NCBI RefSeq assembly: GCF_036321535.1
Contig: NC_087446.1
Location: forward strand, 57,908,001-57,972,000
From: Camelus dromedarius
Lineage: Eukaryota
Direction of reading: 5' to 3'
DNA: 64,000 nucleotides
Shown one piece after another: positions 1 through 12,211 of this stretch; the first letter of the stretch is position 1; the number at the start of each line of letters is the position of its first letter. The notes under the pieces are model-generated. The model had not been told where the DNA came from. It worked only from the letters and a program-made list of their open reading frames with translations, and searched no databases. A program made the translations under genes and the position numbers.

Positions 1-662
1 TGTCTCTCCAGTAAACCATTTTCCCATGAGCTAAGGGAGGGGTTTCTCTGTTTCAGAATCATGTCTGTGAACCCTAAATAACACACCTCGCTAACTCAGC
101 TTATGGTGATTGATAACGCTGACAATTTTAGTAGGAAGAAAAGAACCTAGGGAAGCTGGGTGAGCATAGGAAGATATGAACAGCTACTGATGTAACTCAG
201 AGTGAGTGCCAGGGAACAAGCATGGGGTAGTTATCACCCCAGACCCAGAGCTGCACTTTCATTTTTATCTTGTGACATACTCACATCGCGGAGTATGCAC
301 TGAAATGAAATACTGTCTCCCACTGGTAGCCTCACGTCTCCTGGAGGGAGCAACTTGTCAATGGTTGGATCTCCAGTCTCTGAAACTATGCCCTATAAAT
401 AATAGATGCCTATTTAGTATTTCTTTGAATGAATAAATGTAGATTATCTGCACAATAGGAAAGAAGAGGAACCCCACATATTTTTTTATTCTCTACTCAG
501 AACACACACAGTAGGTCAACTGTTTAAACACACAATTAGTTTTTCCTCTCATGTAGAAGTGTATAGTGTTTCCCACAAACCCTTGAGTTATGCCTAAATT
601 TGCTCATTTACTAATCAAGCCTCCCTAAAAAAACACAAATACACATTATAGGTCAATATGTC

Positions 663-784
663 CAATTATTATTAACCGCTGATAACCCCAGGGAGAACGC
701 AGTCACCAGTTCTTCTTTTACAGGATGGAAACCTGAGAAACCTGAGAGTAGCTGCTTGGAATATGAATCTCAGTGAGGGTAAGT
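663..784 (+). promoter_or_regulatory. Candidate promoter and non-coding first exon of the 2215 OR
   Basis: CAATTA 663-668, ACCCCAGGGA 685-694, and a strong donor AGG|GTAAGT at 779-784. Confidence 0.45.
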
Positions 785-1514
785 TCTGACATTAAGGAGA
801 GGGGAATTTTCTGAGCCTCTATTCAAAGGGGATAGATTCCTGAGAAAATGTAAATTAGAGTACAGGGAGGCTTGAAACTCGGGGGAGGGGGAAGATGCTG
901 AAATGGACAGTGAAAAACGTCCATTAGAAAGGTAGGGGACTTTATAATTTGTTTACATAGATTGGCTCACGTGTGTCCCTTTGTGTCTGGATGTTGCTTG
1001 TGCAAGTTACATATATCTAAACTCGGAGAACATAAGCAGCAGGCGGGGGAAGGAGCTGGTTGGTAAATTAGTGGAGAGAGGTGATTTGAGGAGGGGAGCG
1101 GCAGACATCATTCATGAAGAGGTCACGAAGCTACACCCTGAGACGGATTCTGAAGGCTGTGTGCTGTGAAAAGCACAGGGTTGATTAGGCTGGCAGAGAA
1201 AGCAGATACCTCAGATCATTCCCTCTGGGCTTCATCCATGACCCAAAGCACTACAATAGGACTAAATCTGCTTTATATTCAGGTTCCAAAACAATTTCAT
1301 TTTTATTGCTTCAGGTAACCCTCTGCCTATGCAGTTCCAAAACTAGCTTAGAAATAATTTCATTTGCCTGTATATAGGATGTCAAAGCAAAGATGCAACT
1401 TTTTATCTCCCTATGCAGAGACAATTTTAAGTACAAAGAGCAGAACTAACACTTTTAAGGCAATGTGCTGCTGTTAAAATTCAGCATAACAACATAAGAT
1501 GATCAACATAAAAT

Positions 1515-1750
1515 ACTAATTGCATATGTGTCCAAACCCATAGTACATACAACACCAAGAGAGAACCACCATGCAAGCTAATGGACTGTGGGTGATTGTG
1601 ATGTCAGAGTAGGTTCATCAGTTGTAACAAACATACCACTCTGGAGGGGGGGGATGTTGATAACGAAGAAGGCTGTGCATGCATGGGACATCTCTTTGCC
1701 TTCCCCTCAATTCTGCTGTGAACATAAAATGGCTCTAAAAATATGTTTTA
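1515..1750 (+). mobile_element. L1MA/L1MB-type 3' end fragment
   Basis: Typical 3' UTR text: ccaaacccatagtacatacaacaccaagag ... aattctgctgtgaacataaaatggctctaaaaa. Confidence 0.7.
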
Positions 1751-2169
1751 ACTTAAGACACAAAAATTACTAATTAACAGAGCCTTCTTGGTTTTGAAAC
1801 CAGAGTATTTTGGTATTGGGGTGGAAAAGCAAAGAAACATGAGGATGGGAGGGAAACAACTTCAAAAATGACATAATTTCCTCCAGGATAAGGAAAAATA
1901 AAGTCCGCATTACAAGGCAGTCCTGTTGAGAAAATGCATATCGGACATAAGACTTCTGTTTTTGTATTTGACATCTTTGTAAATGTGCTTTCTAGTCAGA
2001 GAATTACAGGTGTAAGATTCATAATAGTGATTGCCTATAAATGTCTCTTACTAAGATGTCAAAGGCACTGCTGTGTTAACAAACTGAGTATAAATAAAAG
2101 AAGAGAGTGCACGAGAGTTGATTTGCTAGGATATTTCATTCAGGTTCCAAAACTAGGTTCTTATGACAC

Positions 2170-2181
2170 TTCTTTCTTCAG
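2170..2181 (+). other. 3' splice acceptor of the OR coding exon
   Basis: TTCTTTCTTCAG ending at 2181, 34 nt before the ATG. Confidence 0.7.
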
Positions 2182-2214
2182 GTGGAATCACCCCTGACTT
2201 CGCAAGAGGCAGTG

Positions 2215-3153
2215 ATGAGAAATCATACAGCAATAACAACATTCATCCTGCTGGGATTGACAGATGACCTAAAACTACAAGTTCTGCTTTTTCTATTTTT
2301 GTTCCTCACCTACATGTTGAGTGTGGCTGGGAACCTCATCATTATCACCCTGACACTTTTGGATTCCCATCTTCAAACTCCCATGTATTTTCTCCTCCGA
2401 AATTTCTCTTTCTTAGAAGTCTCATTCACCACGGTCTGTATCCCCAGATTCCTGTATACTCTGACAACTGGAGATAATACTGTTACCTATAATGCTTGTG
2501 CCACCCAATTCTTTTTTGTTGTCCTCTTTGGAGCAACCGAATTTTTTCTCCTGGCCGCCATGTCCTATGACCGCTACGTGGCCATCTGTGAGCCCCTGCA
2601 CTACACGACCATCATGAACAACAGGGTCTGCACAGCACTCGTTCTCTGCTGTTGGTTTGCGGGCCTGTTGATCATCCTCCCGCCTCTGGGCGTGGGCTTC
2701 CAGCTGGAATTCTGCGACTTGAATGTGATTGATCATTTTGGCTGTGATGCATCTCCCATTTTACAGATAACCTGCTCAGACACTGTGCTGATAGAGAGAA
2801 TCGTCTTGAGTTTGGCGGTGCTGACACTCATTATGACCTTAGTGTGTGTGGTCCTCTCCTACACGTACATCATCAGGACCATTCTAAGATTCCCTTCTGC
2901 CCAACAAAGAAGAAAGGCCTTTTCCACCTGCTCCTCCCACATGACTGTGGTTTCCATCACCTACGGCAGCTGCATCTTCATCTACATCAAAACTTCCGCA
3001 AAGGAAGGAGTGGCCATCAACAAAGTGGTGTCTGTGCTCACCACTTCAGTTGCCCCTTTGCTGAATCCATTCATTTATACCCTTCGAAACAAACAAGTGA
3101 AAGAAGGCTTCAAAGACACAGTAAAACGGATTGTGTTTCTCACAAAGAAGTAA
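2215..3153 (+). CDS. Olfactory receptor, family 6 subfamily C (OR6C2/OR6C68-like), intact, 312 aa
   Basis: The ORF-track start (2182 GTG) sits at the splice acceptor; first ATG is 2215. Motifs: N-glycosylation site [44 protein letters not shown]. Confidence 0.95.
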   Translation: MRNHTAITTFILLGLTDDLKLQVLLFLFLFLTYMLSVAGNLIIITLTLLDSHLQTPMYFLLRNFSFLEVSFTTVCIPRFLYTLTTGDNTVTYNACATQFFFVVLFGATEFFLLAAMSYDRYVAICEPLHYTTIMNNRVCTALVLCCWFAGLLIILPPLGVGFQLEFCDLNVIDHFGCDASPILQITCSDTVLIERIVLSLAVLTLIMTLVCVVLSYTYIIRTILRFPSAQQRRKAFSTCSSHMTVVSITYGSCIFIYIKTSAKEGVAINKVVSVLTTSVAPLLNPFIYTLRNKQVKEGFKDTVKRIVFLTKK

Positions 3154-4291
3154 GAGACTATTACTGTTTTTTGAGACTGACTTAAATTTAAACCTGAATA
3201 ACCCAGAAGCAACATTCACGAATTTGCTAAATAAATAGTTTCTTCCTATTCTGTAGATTAATCAAGTGAATCCTCTCCCAGGAATGTTCTTTTATAACCC
3301 AAATGCCAAAATCAAGCTCCTTCTTTCCAAGTTTGTTTTATTCAAAATGTTTTTTTCCATTAATGCATGTTCCAGAGACTAGATTCCCAAAATACTCAAT
3401 GTCATAAAAGGGAAATATAGATACATGAAGCTGTATATCTGGCCATCTGGCCTTCTCGTGATGTGGACTATAAATGCCCAGAGAGCATTTCTCACTCGTT
3501 TGGAAGACCCCAGTTGAACAAGAGTAATTAAAAACTCTTTACCAAAGCTTAAAACATGATCTTAAAGAAAAGTTTGCACTCCAGAGCTCTCTTTGTCATT
3601 TTAAAATGTCCATTTTTTAGGAATGACTAAAAGGTGTTAATGGGGAAATTTCAAAATCAGTGAAGATAATTATATTCTTTCTTTTAAACCAATTTATCTA
3701 CAAAAATCTTTCTACTGGCCTGTCTGGAAATGATGTGGATGTACCGCATCTTGAAATATCTGATTACAAAGAGAAAGAACAAGACTTCTGAGTGCTAGAG
3801 TCATCTACTGACATGGCCCCTGACGGTGCTTAGACACAGACCCCAGGAGAACAAGCCCTGACTTTAGGAGTAGGGCGAGTAAATCTTACCAGAAACATAA
3901 ACATGAAAGGCAAAAAAAAAATTTTAAGAAGACCATATAGGAGAACAGTTTCACAGCCTTGGGTTAGGGAAGAATTTCTTAAATTAGATACAACAAACAA
4001 TTGATAAATTCGACTGCATTAAGATTAAGAATCTGTTCCCCCCAAAAACACCATTAATAGAGTCAATAGTAGAAGATATTTGCAACTCATATAACCCAAA
4101 AAGTAATTAAGTTCAGAATATATAAGGAATTCCAATAAATCAATAGGAAAAAGACAGATAACCCAATGAAAAAGAAATGGGCAAGAGATCAAAATAGGAA
4201 CTTCAAAAAAGAGAAATATAAATGGCTAATATAGGTATAGAAAATTCTTCACCTATACTAGTAACTACAGAAAAGCAAATTAAGATCACAT

Positions 4292-4645
4292 GAGTTCCCT
4301 AATTCAAAAAGATACATGTACCCCAATGTTCATAGGAGCACTGTTTATAATAGCCAACCTAAAAGTCCATCAACCGATGAATGGANNNNNNNNNNNNNNN
4401 NNNNNNNNNNNNNNNNNNNNNNNNNNNNNNNNNNNNNNNNNNNNNNNNNNNNNNNNNNNNNNNNNNNNNNNNNNNNNNNNNNNNNNNNNNNNNNNNNNNN
4501 NNNNNNNNNNNNNNNNNNNNNNNNNNNNNNNNNNNNNNNAAAGTGAAGTAAAACAAAGATGATGATATCACTTGTATGTGGAATCTAAAAAATGATACAA
4601 ATGAACTTATTTGCAAAAGAGAAACAGACTCACAGACATAGACAT
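4292..4645 (+). mobile_element. Younger L1 internal fragment nested in the older L1, contains an N gap
   Basis: aaaagatacatgtaccccaatgttcata ... gaaacagactcacagacataga; ends before the normal 3' tail. Confidence 0.75.
4386..4539. other. Assembly gap (N)
   Basis: N run inside L1. Confidence 1.
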
Positions 4646-5758
4646 ACCAGAGGTGGTGATACTGGAAGTAACTCAACCACTTTGAAATCAGTTTGGCATC
4701 ACGAGTGAAGCTGAGGTTATACATAGCAATAACTCAGCAATTCCATTCTTGGATATATTTCACAGAGAAAATTTCAGACATGTTTCAGTATAGCTGTACA
4801 TTTCATAATTTCCCCAAAATGAAAAATAAATTCCTGTCAACTGAATAAATGAATAAATTGTCACACAGTGGAACACTATAATGAAAATGAATGACTCACA
4901 GAAACAACACAAATGAATACTAAGCATAAAATTGAACAAAAGAAGCAAGACAGGAAAGAATACATACAATGCAATTCCAATTTTATAAAGTTTGAAAACA
5001 GGTAGCACTAAATTATATTGTTTAAGGATCTATACTTAAGTGATAAAATTGTAAGTGTAAGCAATTTAATTTGTTGAAGTTTTCTCATATGCAAATGCAG
5101 ATAAAAATAAGAACAGGCTCCAAAAATTTGTGATGATTAAATAATGCATGTAACAGACTCAGTCTCTGCTTTAAAAAAATGGAAATCACTTAATAAGCAA
5201 AGTTACTCATATGGTTCTCCTTGGTCTTACTGTTAATGTTCCTGGTGTTAATACTGCTGTTGATTTTTTATCTTTTGAAACTTCTGTGAACACAAACCTC
5301 TATCCAAAACAAAGTTTTTAGCCACATACGTTTTCTCTTTTTTTGAGTCTGATCTTCATACTTCATTCTTATAATATCAGGTGATGAACAAGAAGAAAAG
5401 AATGAACAGAAAATAAGATAATATTGATTTATATTTTGGAGTGGGTGGTGAATGAATGACTTAATCATCATCTGAGAGATGGCTTGATTTCTGATGAATT
5501 TGCAAGTACTATAGGGGCCACCCATCCTCCTACAAATGAAAGGACCCCTAATTACGTTGACTTTACAAGAATAATTTATGAAATATTTCCAGAATGTGGG
5601 GCTCTTCAGTGACCCTCAAATTGCGTCACCAGTGCAGTAGCATATTTCAATGATAACTAAGTGATAAATTTTCTAACCATCCTTAGCGGTCTCACCCCAT
5701 TGCTCTCAGCCTCTCTCTCAGACTCTTAGGCCATAGCTGAGTCTCTCATTGCACTTTT

Positions 5759-5844
5759 TTTGGGTCTTTTTTGCCAGCTTTATTGAAATACAGTTGACAT
5801 ATAACACTGTGTAACTTTAAGATGTACAAGGTGATGATTTGATA
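5759..5844 (-). mobile_element. 86-bp 5'-truncated L1 3' end with a perfect 16-bp TSD
   Basis: TSD CTCTCATTGCACTTTT at 5743-5758 and 5845-5860; insert reads ttt..tttattgaaatacagttgacatataacactgtg. Confidence 0.85.
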
Positions 5845-5935
5845 CTCTCATTGCACTTTTAACACAGTCTCCCTGGCCCTTCTCCTCTCAGACATATGTC
5901 CACAACTTGCTCACAGAGTTGTCAGCAATTGGTGT

Positions 5936-6004
5936 TCATTAGCACCTTCTGAACTTGGGTCCACAGGGCACCTTTAGCTTCTTTAGGAAATTGATCCCCA
6001 TGTG
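5936..6004 (+). promoter_or_regulatory. Candidate OR promoter module (homeodomain site + O/E-like site) for the 7960 gene
   Basis: TCATTA 5936-5941, 18 nt, TCCACAGGGC 5960-5969, then AAATTGATCCCC. About 2.0 kb upstream of the ATG. Confidence 0.6.
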
Positions 6005-6584
6005 CCTGCTCTAAATAAGGAGCAGATAAAGTCTGGGTCACTCTTGCTAACACGGAATCTGCAAAGTCCATATCTTAGCTTCTAAGGACAGCAACATAAT
6101 TTACCATAAATCAGAAAACTTAGGAGATTTTCAGCTGATAAGTTGTCTTTTTTAATTCTATCACAGTTATTTTTTTAATTGGGGGGGGGGGGTTGTTTTT
6201 TTGCTGCTCCTAAATTGAACTGTATCTCTCAAGAACTGAGGTATCATTCTAGTTTGAATTATTTGGACTAATAGAAAAACAACTCACTTATTTAGTTAAG
6301 ACTTATAAAGTTGGGTACTTCCATGAGAGAGCATGGCAGGATAGGATCTGACAGTATAAAAATATGCTAATTTTTTACCATTTGTAGACTCATGTGTGAA
6401 TCTCGTCTTTGAGTCATCTTTTCAAATCAACAAAGTAAACAGACCACTGCAAATTGTGAAGAGTATGAGCACCTTATGTTTCCAGTTCCCAGAATCAGCA
6501 ATATTATCATTTTGTGGACATAGACCATGAAATTATACTACTGTGAAGTTCTGGAAGAAAACACAAAGCTACTATTAAAAATCA

Positions 6585-6593
6585 CAGGTGAGT
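6585..6593 (+). other. 5' splice donor of a candidate non-coding exon of the 7960 OR
   Basis: Perfect CAG|GTGAGT with GT at 6588, between the promoter module and the acceptor. Confidence 0.45.
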
Positions 6594-7926
6594 ACATCAG
6601 GGAAGTGAGATCCAGATCTGAGAAAACCAGTTCAAGGTTCAACCTCACCTGGTCCCTCCGTACTCACTTATGGCTGTCATGGGAAAATTATCACTGATGT
6701 CTGAAAGTATATGATTTTTCTAACTAACTATGCATGTGGATTAGATTATCCCTTAAAATGTCCTTTGCCACAGGAATCTTCAAAATCCGATAGGGCTGAA
6801 GATGGCAAATCAAAGTTTCCTTCCTTGTGCACCATTAATTTATCTACAAAGGACAACTATAATAACAATATTAGTGCCAACTTCCTGCTCTCTGTGTTCT
6901 AAGAGCAGTGGACACACATGTCTGAGATTATAACCAACTTCTACTCCCAAATACTATTCAGGCATCTTCAAAACTTTCAGCAAAATCCATTCTGAGAGAT
7001 GTGTCCTGTGGCTGCCACAGTCTCTCTCTGCCTGGAAGTGTGCCAAATCAGTGCCCAGAAGACTCCAAATACGGCAGCAAAGCATAAAGTTTAATGCTTA
7101 TCAATATGATTTAGTGATGACCGAGACCTGGACAGAGGAAAAGACTGACAGGATAAAACGACAGAGTCATGAAACAATGGTCTCAGAATCTTAAAGGCCA
7201 GATAGACATTCACCTCAAAAAATTCAAAGAGGTAGCAAAAAGTCAGTGTTGGATCTGGGACCTGCAGCATCTCCTGCACTGGGAGAATTTCCACAGGTTA
7301 CTTACAGAGGGAACCAGGAACCAGCATGTGAAGGAGATGAGGGTCAGTGACAGACACATGATGAGGTATCAGGTAGTACGTGAAGGGGAACACAGAAAGA
7401 AAAGAGGAACAAGGAGAAACATTTATACAAGAACATAGAAGTGAGAGAGGTAAGTCAGCTACAATGATTTAAGTGTAGGAAATTTATGAACATTTCATAG
7501 GAAAGGACAGGTCCAGACAGAGTCATTCTTGTGTGACATATCTTTACTAAGAACCTAGGAATAGGAGAAATGACAAGAACTTCATGAATAGAATCAGTAT
7601 TTTACATTTTGGTGCTTTTATCCCACTGTATGACTCTTCTATGCACATCCTTTGTGTGTGTGTTTTAGATATGTTTTATTCTTTGTGTTTAAATCAATTT
7701 GTACTAATGTTTTAATGTGAAAATATTAACCCTGCCAAAAAAAAAGCTTTATGAGTCAAGCCACTTGCACAGGAGACTTGCGGCTTCCCTTTAGCCAAGC
7801 CCAGTCCAATGGGATGCCAGTTCGGGTCAATTTGAATGAAGAGTTGATAACATGACCTGCTTGTGTTGGTTGCCATTAACTTCATTTTTCCTACCCTAAG
7901 AAACTTCAGTTTTCATCACTGATCCT

Positions 7927-7941
7927 GCCTTTTTTCCTTAG
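7927..7941 (+). other. 3' splice acceptor
   Basis: GCCTTTTTTCCTTAG ending at 7941; homologous to the acceptor at 15726. Confidence 0.7.
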
Positions 7942-7959
7942 ATCTACTGAGGGCCAACA

Positions 7960-8889
7960 ATGAAAAACCAAACCACATTTACTGAGTTTATCTTGCAGGG
8001 CTTCACAAATCAACCAGAACTCCAGGTGGTGATATTCATCTTTCTGTTCCTCGCCTACATGCTGAGTGTCCTGGGAAATCTGACTATCATCATACTCAGC
8101 CTGGTAGACCCCCACCTCAAGACGCCCATGTATTTCTTCCTCCGCAATTTCTCCTTCTTAGAAGTTTCCTTCACGTCCATTTTTATTCCCAGATTTCTAA
8201 CCAGCTTGACAACGGGAAATAAAGTCATCAGCTTTGCTGGCTGCTTGATTCAATATTTTTTTGCTATACTTTTCGGGGCCACAGAGTTTTACCTCCTGGC
8301 TGCCATGTCCTATGACCGCTATGTGGCCATCTGCAAGCCCCTGCAATACCTGACCATCATGAGCAGCCGAGTCTGCGTCCAGCTCGTGTTCTGCTCCTGG
8401 CTGGGGGGGGCCCTGGCTATCCTGCCGCCAATCATGTTGATGAGCCAGGTGGACTTCTGTGCCTCCAATGTTCTGAATCAATATTACTGTGACTATAGAC
8501 CCCTCCTAGAGGTTGCCTGCTCAGACACAAGCCTTTTAGAATTAATAGTCATCTTTTTAGCCATCTTGACTCTGGTGGTTACTCTGATGCTGGTGACACT
8601 TTCTTATACATATATTATCAGGACTATTCTGAGGATCCCTTCTGGCCAGCAAAGGAGAAAGGCATTTGCCACTTGTTCCTCCCACATGATTGTCATCTCC
8701 CTCTCTTATGGCAGCTGCATCTTTTTATACATTAATCCATCACCAAAAAAACGAGGAAACTTCGACAAGGAAATTTCTCTGCTCATGACTTCAGTTAGCC
8801 CCTTGTTGAATCCCTTTATTTATACCCTAAGGAATCAGCAGGTGAAGCAAGCTTTTAAGAGCACAGTGAAAAAAATTGTGAAGTTTTAA
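7960..8889 (+). CDS. Olfactory receptor, OR6C4-like paralogue, intact, 309 aa
   Basis: Full OR motif set. Paralogue of 15745-16674 with homologous flanks; several atypical residues. Confidence 0.93.
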   Translation: MKNQTTFTEFILQGFTNQPELQVVIFIFLFLAYMLSVLGNLTIIILSLVDPHLKTPMYFFLRNFSFLEVSFTSIFIPRFLTSLTTGNKVISFAGCLIQYFFAILFGATEFYLLAAMSYDRYVAICKPLQYLTIMSSRVCVQLVFCSWLGGALAILPPIMLMSQVDFCASNVLNQYYCDYRPLLEVACSDTSLLELIVIFLAILTLVVTLMLVTLSYTYIIRTILRIPSGQQRRKAFATCSSHMIVISLSYGSCIFLYINPSPKKRGNFDKEISLLMTSVSPLLNPFIYTLRNQQVKQAFKSTVKKIVKF

Positions 8890-8929
8890 TCATCAGAATT
8901 TATTATTTTAATCAATAAAATCAAACTAA

Positions 8930-9330
8930 CAAATATTTGAGTTACTACATAAGTATTAAGTGTCTACTATGTTTCAAGTGATAATCCTGGACATTGAGAA
9001 TAGAAATACAAGAAATACGGTTCCCAGTTTCTAAGAACCTCCAGTCTAGTATCACAGAGTGATATAAAAACAAATAAATTATAATCAAACTTATTAAGTT
9101 ACTACAAAGGGATAAATGAGATGCCGTAAAAAAGACTTGAGACAAATTACTTCACTCTTGATTTCATGGCATTTCACTTTTGAGGTGAAATTTGAAAGGC
9201 AAAAGGAGTTTATAATGGGAACAGTAGGAGGATGTTAATTTAGAGTGGATGGTGGAAGCCCAAGAATGAAGATATTTATTGCACATTTAGGAGACAGCTA
9301 GGCATTACTGAGCCAAGAGAAAGCAAAAGA
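8930..9330 (-). mobile_element. L2 fragment
   Basis: Reverse-complement L2 3' end (aaatatttgag..aagtgtctactatg); homologous to 16720-17150. Confidence 0.55.
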
Positions 9331-11329
9331 AAGAAAGTGATACTATCAAATTTGTCTTATGAGGAATATAGTAGTGCAGAGAACAGGTCTACTCCTACAT
9401 ACAAGTGACAAGCAATTAATCAAGAATAGCATTCAAGCAAATGGCGGTAAAGGTCTTATGGTCCATGAGAATAGAGAGAAAGGACACAGTTCCCAGCTTA
9501 ATTCAAGTAACTTAGTGTATAGGTGATGGAGATAAGAAAGTTTTCCAACCTGGAAGGCTGCACGGTTGATAAAGCCGTAAATCAAAATGAAGGATTCAGG
9601 AGGAAAATATTTGTATGTGTAATCATCACAAGTTATATCTAATCAACTTTGTTTCAAAACATAGATGAAAAATAAACATATGAGAAGGATTTCTCTATCA
9701 GTGTACCAATGGACTCAGCTTTAGAAGAACATGTGAAATATGAGTCAGATTAGTTTAAAAGTCAATTTGGGCAAGCAACGCAAGGAACAAAGTGAGGTTT
9801 AGACAGGAAGGTTTGGCTTTTGTCTCAAAATAATTTAAGAGCACAGACTTAGGAAATCTCCTTAGAAGTAGCTTCTAATCAAGGATATTCTGAAATAAAG
9901 TCTGCCAATAGTAGCCATCAGAGAGATGAAGGACGAGGAGGAAGAAGGGGAGGGGAGGGGGAGCAGCGAAGCCAGGGAGGGTGGGAGGGCGGAAATAAAG
10001 AGCTACTACAGAAAAAGAAGTAAAAACTCCCCTGGAAGTCAGGGACTACAGGCCTAAGAATTGTCAGAGCTGGAAGGGAAGCCAGCAGAATCGGCAGTAT
10101 CGTGTCTATAAAGCTTCAGTATTCTTCCAAAGTTTTATAAAGTGAAGTTTAAAAATCATTTCAATCTAGTAGTGCCAGAACAAAGAGGTCATATGGAGAA
10201 GGAAAGACCGTCGTACCTAATTTAGCAAGAAATGGAAGTTTTAACCATGCAAAGCGCACACCGAAGGAAATAATGAGAAAAGCAAAATCTTGAAGCTGTA
10301 GGTAAAATTATGAAATTTCCACCTTTGGCCTAGTAAGCAGTGTTTAACATGACACTTTCCACAATGGCAATCCGCCGTCTGTGCTGTTTGATATTTTCCT
10401 CAGCATTAGTGTCTTACGGTTGTTTACAGAGTTTCCCCAATCGTGTTTTAAACTCACAGATGGGAGCCTTTAACATTTTAAAGAGATCCTTTCCTTAGAC
10501 CCTTCTTAGACCTGAAAGACAATTATATCCTAGATGTGTATAATCAATTATATATAATATATTTTTTCAAAGTAATAAATGCACATGCTTAAGGGCTCAA
10601 ATAGTACCAACACCTCTCTATGCTCGGAACATACCTTAGGTCTTCCACTTTTAATTACTTTAGCTGTTTCTTCTGCTGGTCTTGTTTATGCTTTAAATAA
10701 TGAGTTCAGGGAACTATTTATTGATTTGAGGTATATTTCCTGTTATAAAAGATGAGGTGTCAGCCCTCTTATAAAAATCTCATCTCCAACTTCCCCATAT
10801 TCTTAATATTGCTAACATTAGATACTTTTTAAACACTTCAATGTACTTATGTAAATAATGTTCTCTGTTCACTATAAACACAAGTTGTGCCAAACAATTA
10901 CATTCTTCTCTTGAACAGCTTTTTGAGTCTCTGGCAACATCTAATTACCTTTTTATTTGGCAATATTTGCTATATCTTGCTTTAAAGTGTTTAAGTCTAT
11001 TAAATATTCTATTGAGTCCTCTTTCATCCTAAAGGCCACACGCCTAAGGCTTCCATCCTCCTACTCCATCTACACACATGGCCTTCAATACATGTTCAGC
11101 AGCTATCCGATAGTCATGGTTGGTTAATGGATTAAAAAGCAAAATGAGATGTAATTTTTAATGGTATAATGGGATATAACCCCTCAACAAGAATTACCAC
11201 AATGGGAGAACATTATAAAAAAGATAATAAACCAAAAACTAAGACTCAAAATCAATTTGTGTATCAGAAAATTAAACAATAAGATGTCCCAACATGTAGA
11301 AATAAGATCCACAGATAAAGATCATCTCT

Positions 11330-12211
11330 TCTCAGATAAAGATTATTTTAGATGCTACAAATACAGTAAGCATTATTGTCCGGATAAATGCTTTAAGAGG
11401 AAGTGAGTGGTACCCAACAACAATTGATCCAGTTAACCCAGGATATAGCATCAATGGGGAGAGGTGGTAACGGGAAATTCTGGAAATCTTTAATAATGGT
11501 TCCCATAAACTCATGAAAATTGGATTGTGGCCAACAAGTGAATGCCTGGTCCCCTCAAAGTAAGCAGACTCCTACAGTGTACACATAAAAACTGTACATA
11601 TAAAGCCTAGAATGTTCTATTGATTGCTACAAGGGTCCTCCAGTCATTTTGACCCACAGAACATATTCATTTTATGTGACTGAATAATTTTTATAGGAAA
11701 AGCCTGAAAGATGGAAATGAAAACAAACAGACTAGTGTTCATATGGTTAGTCCCATATCTGCATCTTCTTCATTGGTTAATCCTGTGTTTTGAATTTGTT
11801 GGGTTAAGCATTTTCATTTTAATAATGAGGCCCCTGTGGCCATGCCAAGTTTGTGTGGTGCTGCCTCCAGGACCCAAGGCTTAATGGGCAACTGGGTGCA
11901 GAATCACAGGCTCAGGACTTGTGAAAGCATTTATTCCAAGATGGGCCCACCATACAGCCAACATTGCCATCTTAATGATATGTAGGAGGGTGCAGCCAAG
12001 GAAGACAGTTTTTTGCACTAGAAGCCCTTGAACAATCCACAGCCACCACGGCTGATCCAGGGACTTCAGAAAGAATGAGAAAAGGCTATTGAAGCCTCGA
12101 CAGTGAAGGAGTCTCTGTGGGGGAGGAAGGAGGACACTAATAGAAGTGCCTGTTTTGTTGCAATTTAGAGCCCTCTGTTGTTGGGTGGCCCATTCAAAGT
12201 AAGCAAATTTA
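11330..12211 (-). mobile_element. Class III (ERVL-related) ERV pol fragment, connection/RNase H part
   Basis: Minus-strand translation AYFEWATQQQRAL ... MLAVWWAHLGINAFTSPEPVILHP resembles ERVL AASFEW..Q.KAL and LLACYWAL..E.LT. The lower boundary is approximate. Confidence 0.7.

Larger units (their letters stand above)
3880..5070 (+). mobile_element. Old L1 (L1ME-like) ORF2 end and 3' region, interrupted at about 4292-4645
   Basis: A-rich L1 text (aaatgggcaagagat, cagcaattccattcttggatatat). Confidence 0.7.

Noticed and set aside
1278-2153. Repeated TTCAGGTTCCAAAAC motif (about 1278 and 2139, partial at about 1333)
   Set aside because: Short, in AT-rich intron sequence, with no structure linking the copies; chance or micro-duplication.
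2182-2214. N-terminal extension [11 protein letters not shown] in the ORF track
   Set aside because: It starts at a GTG right after the splice acceptor; this is 5' UTR and the ATG is at 2215.
9930-10010. G-rich purine tract (possible G-quadruplex)
   Set aside because: Low-complexity intergenic sequence with no associated feature.
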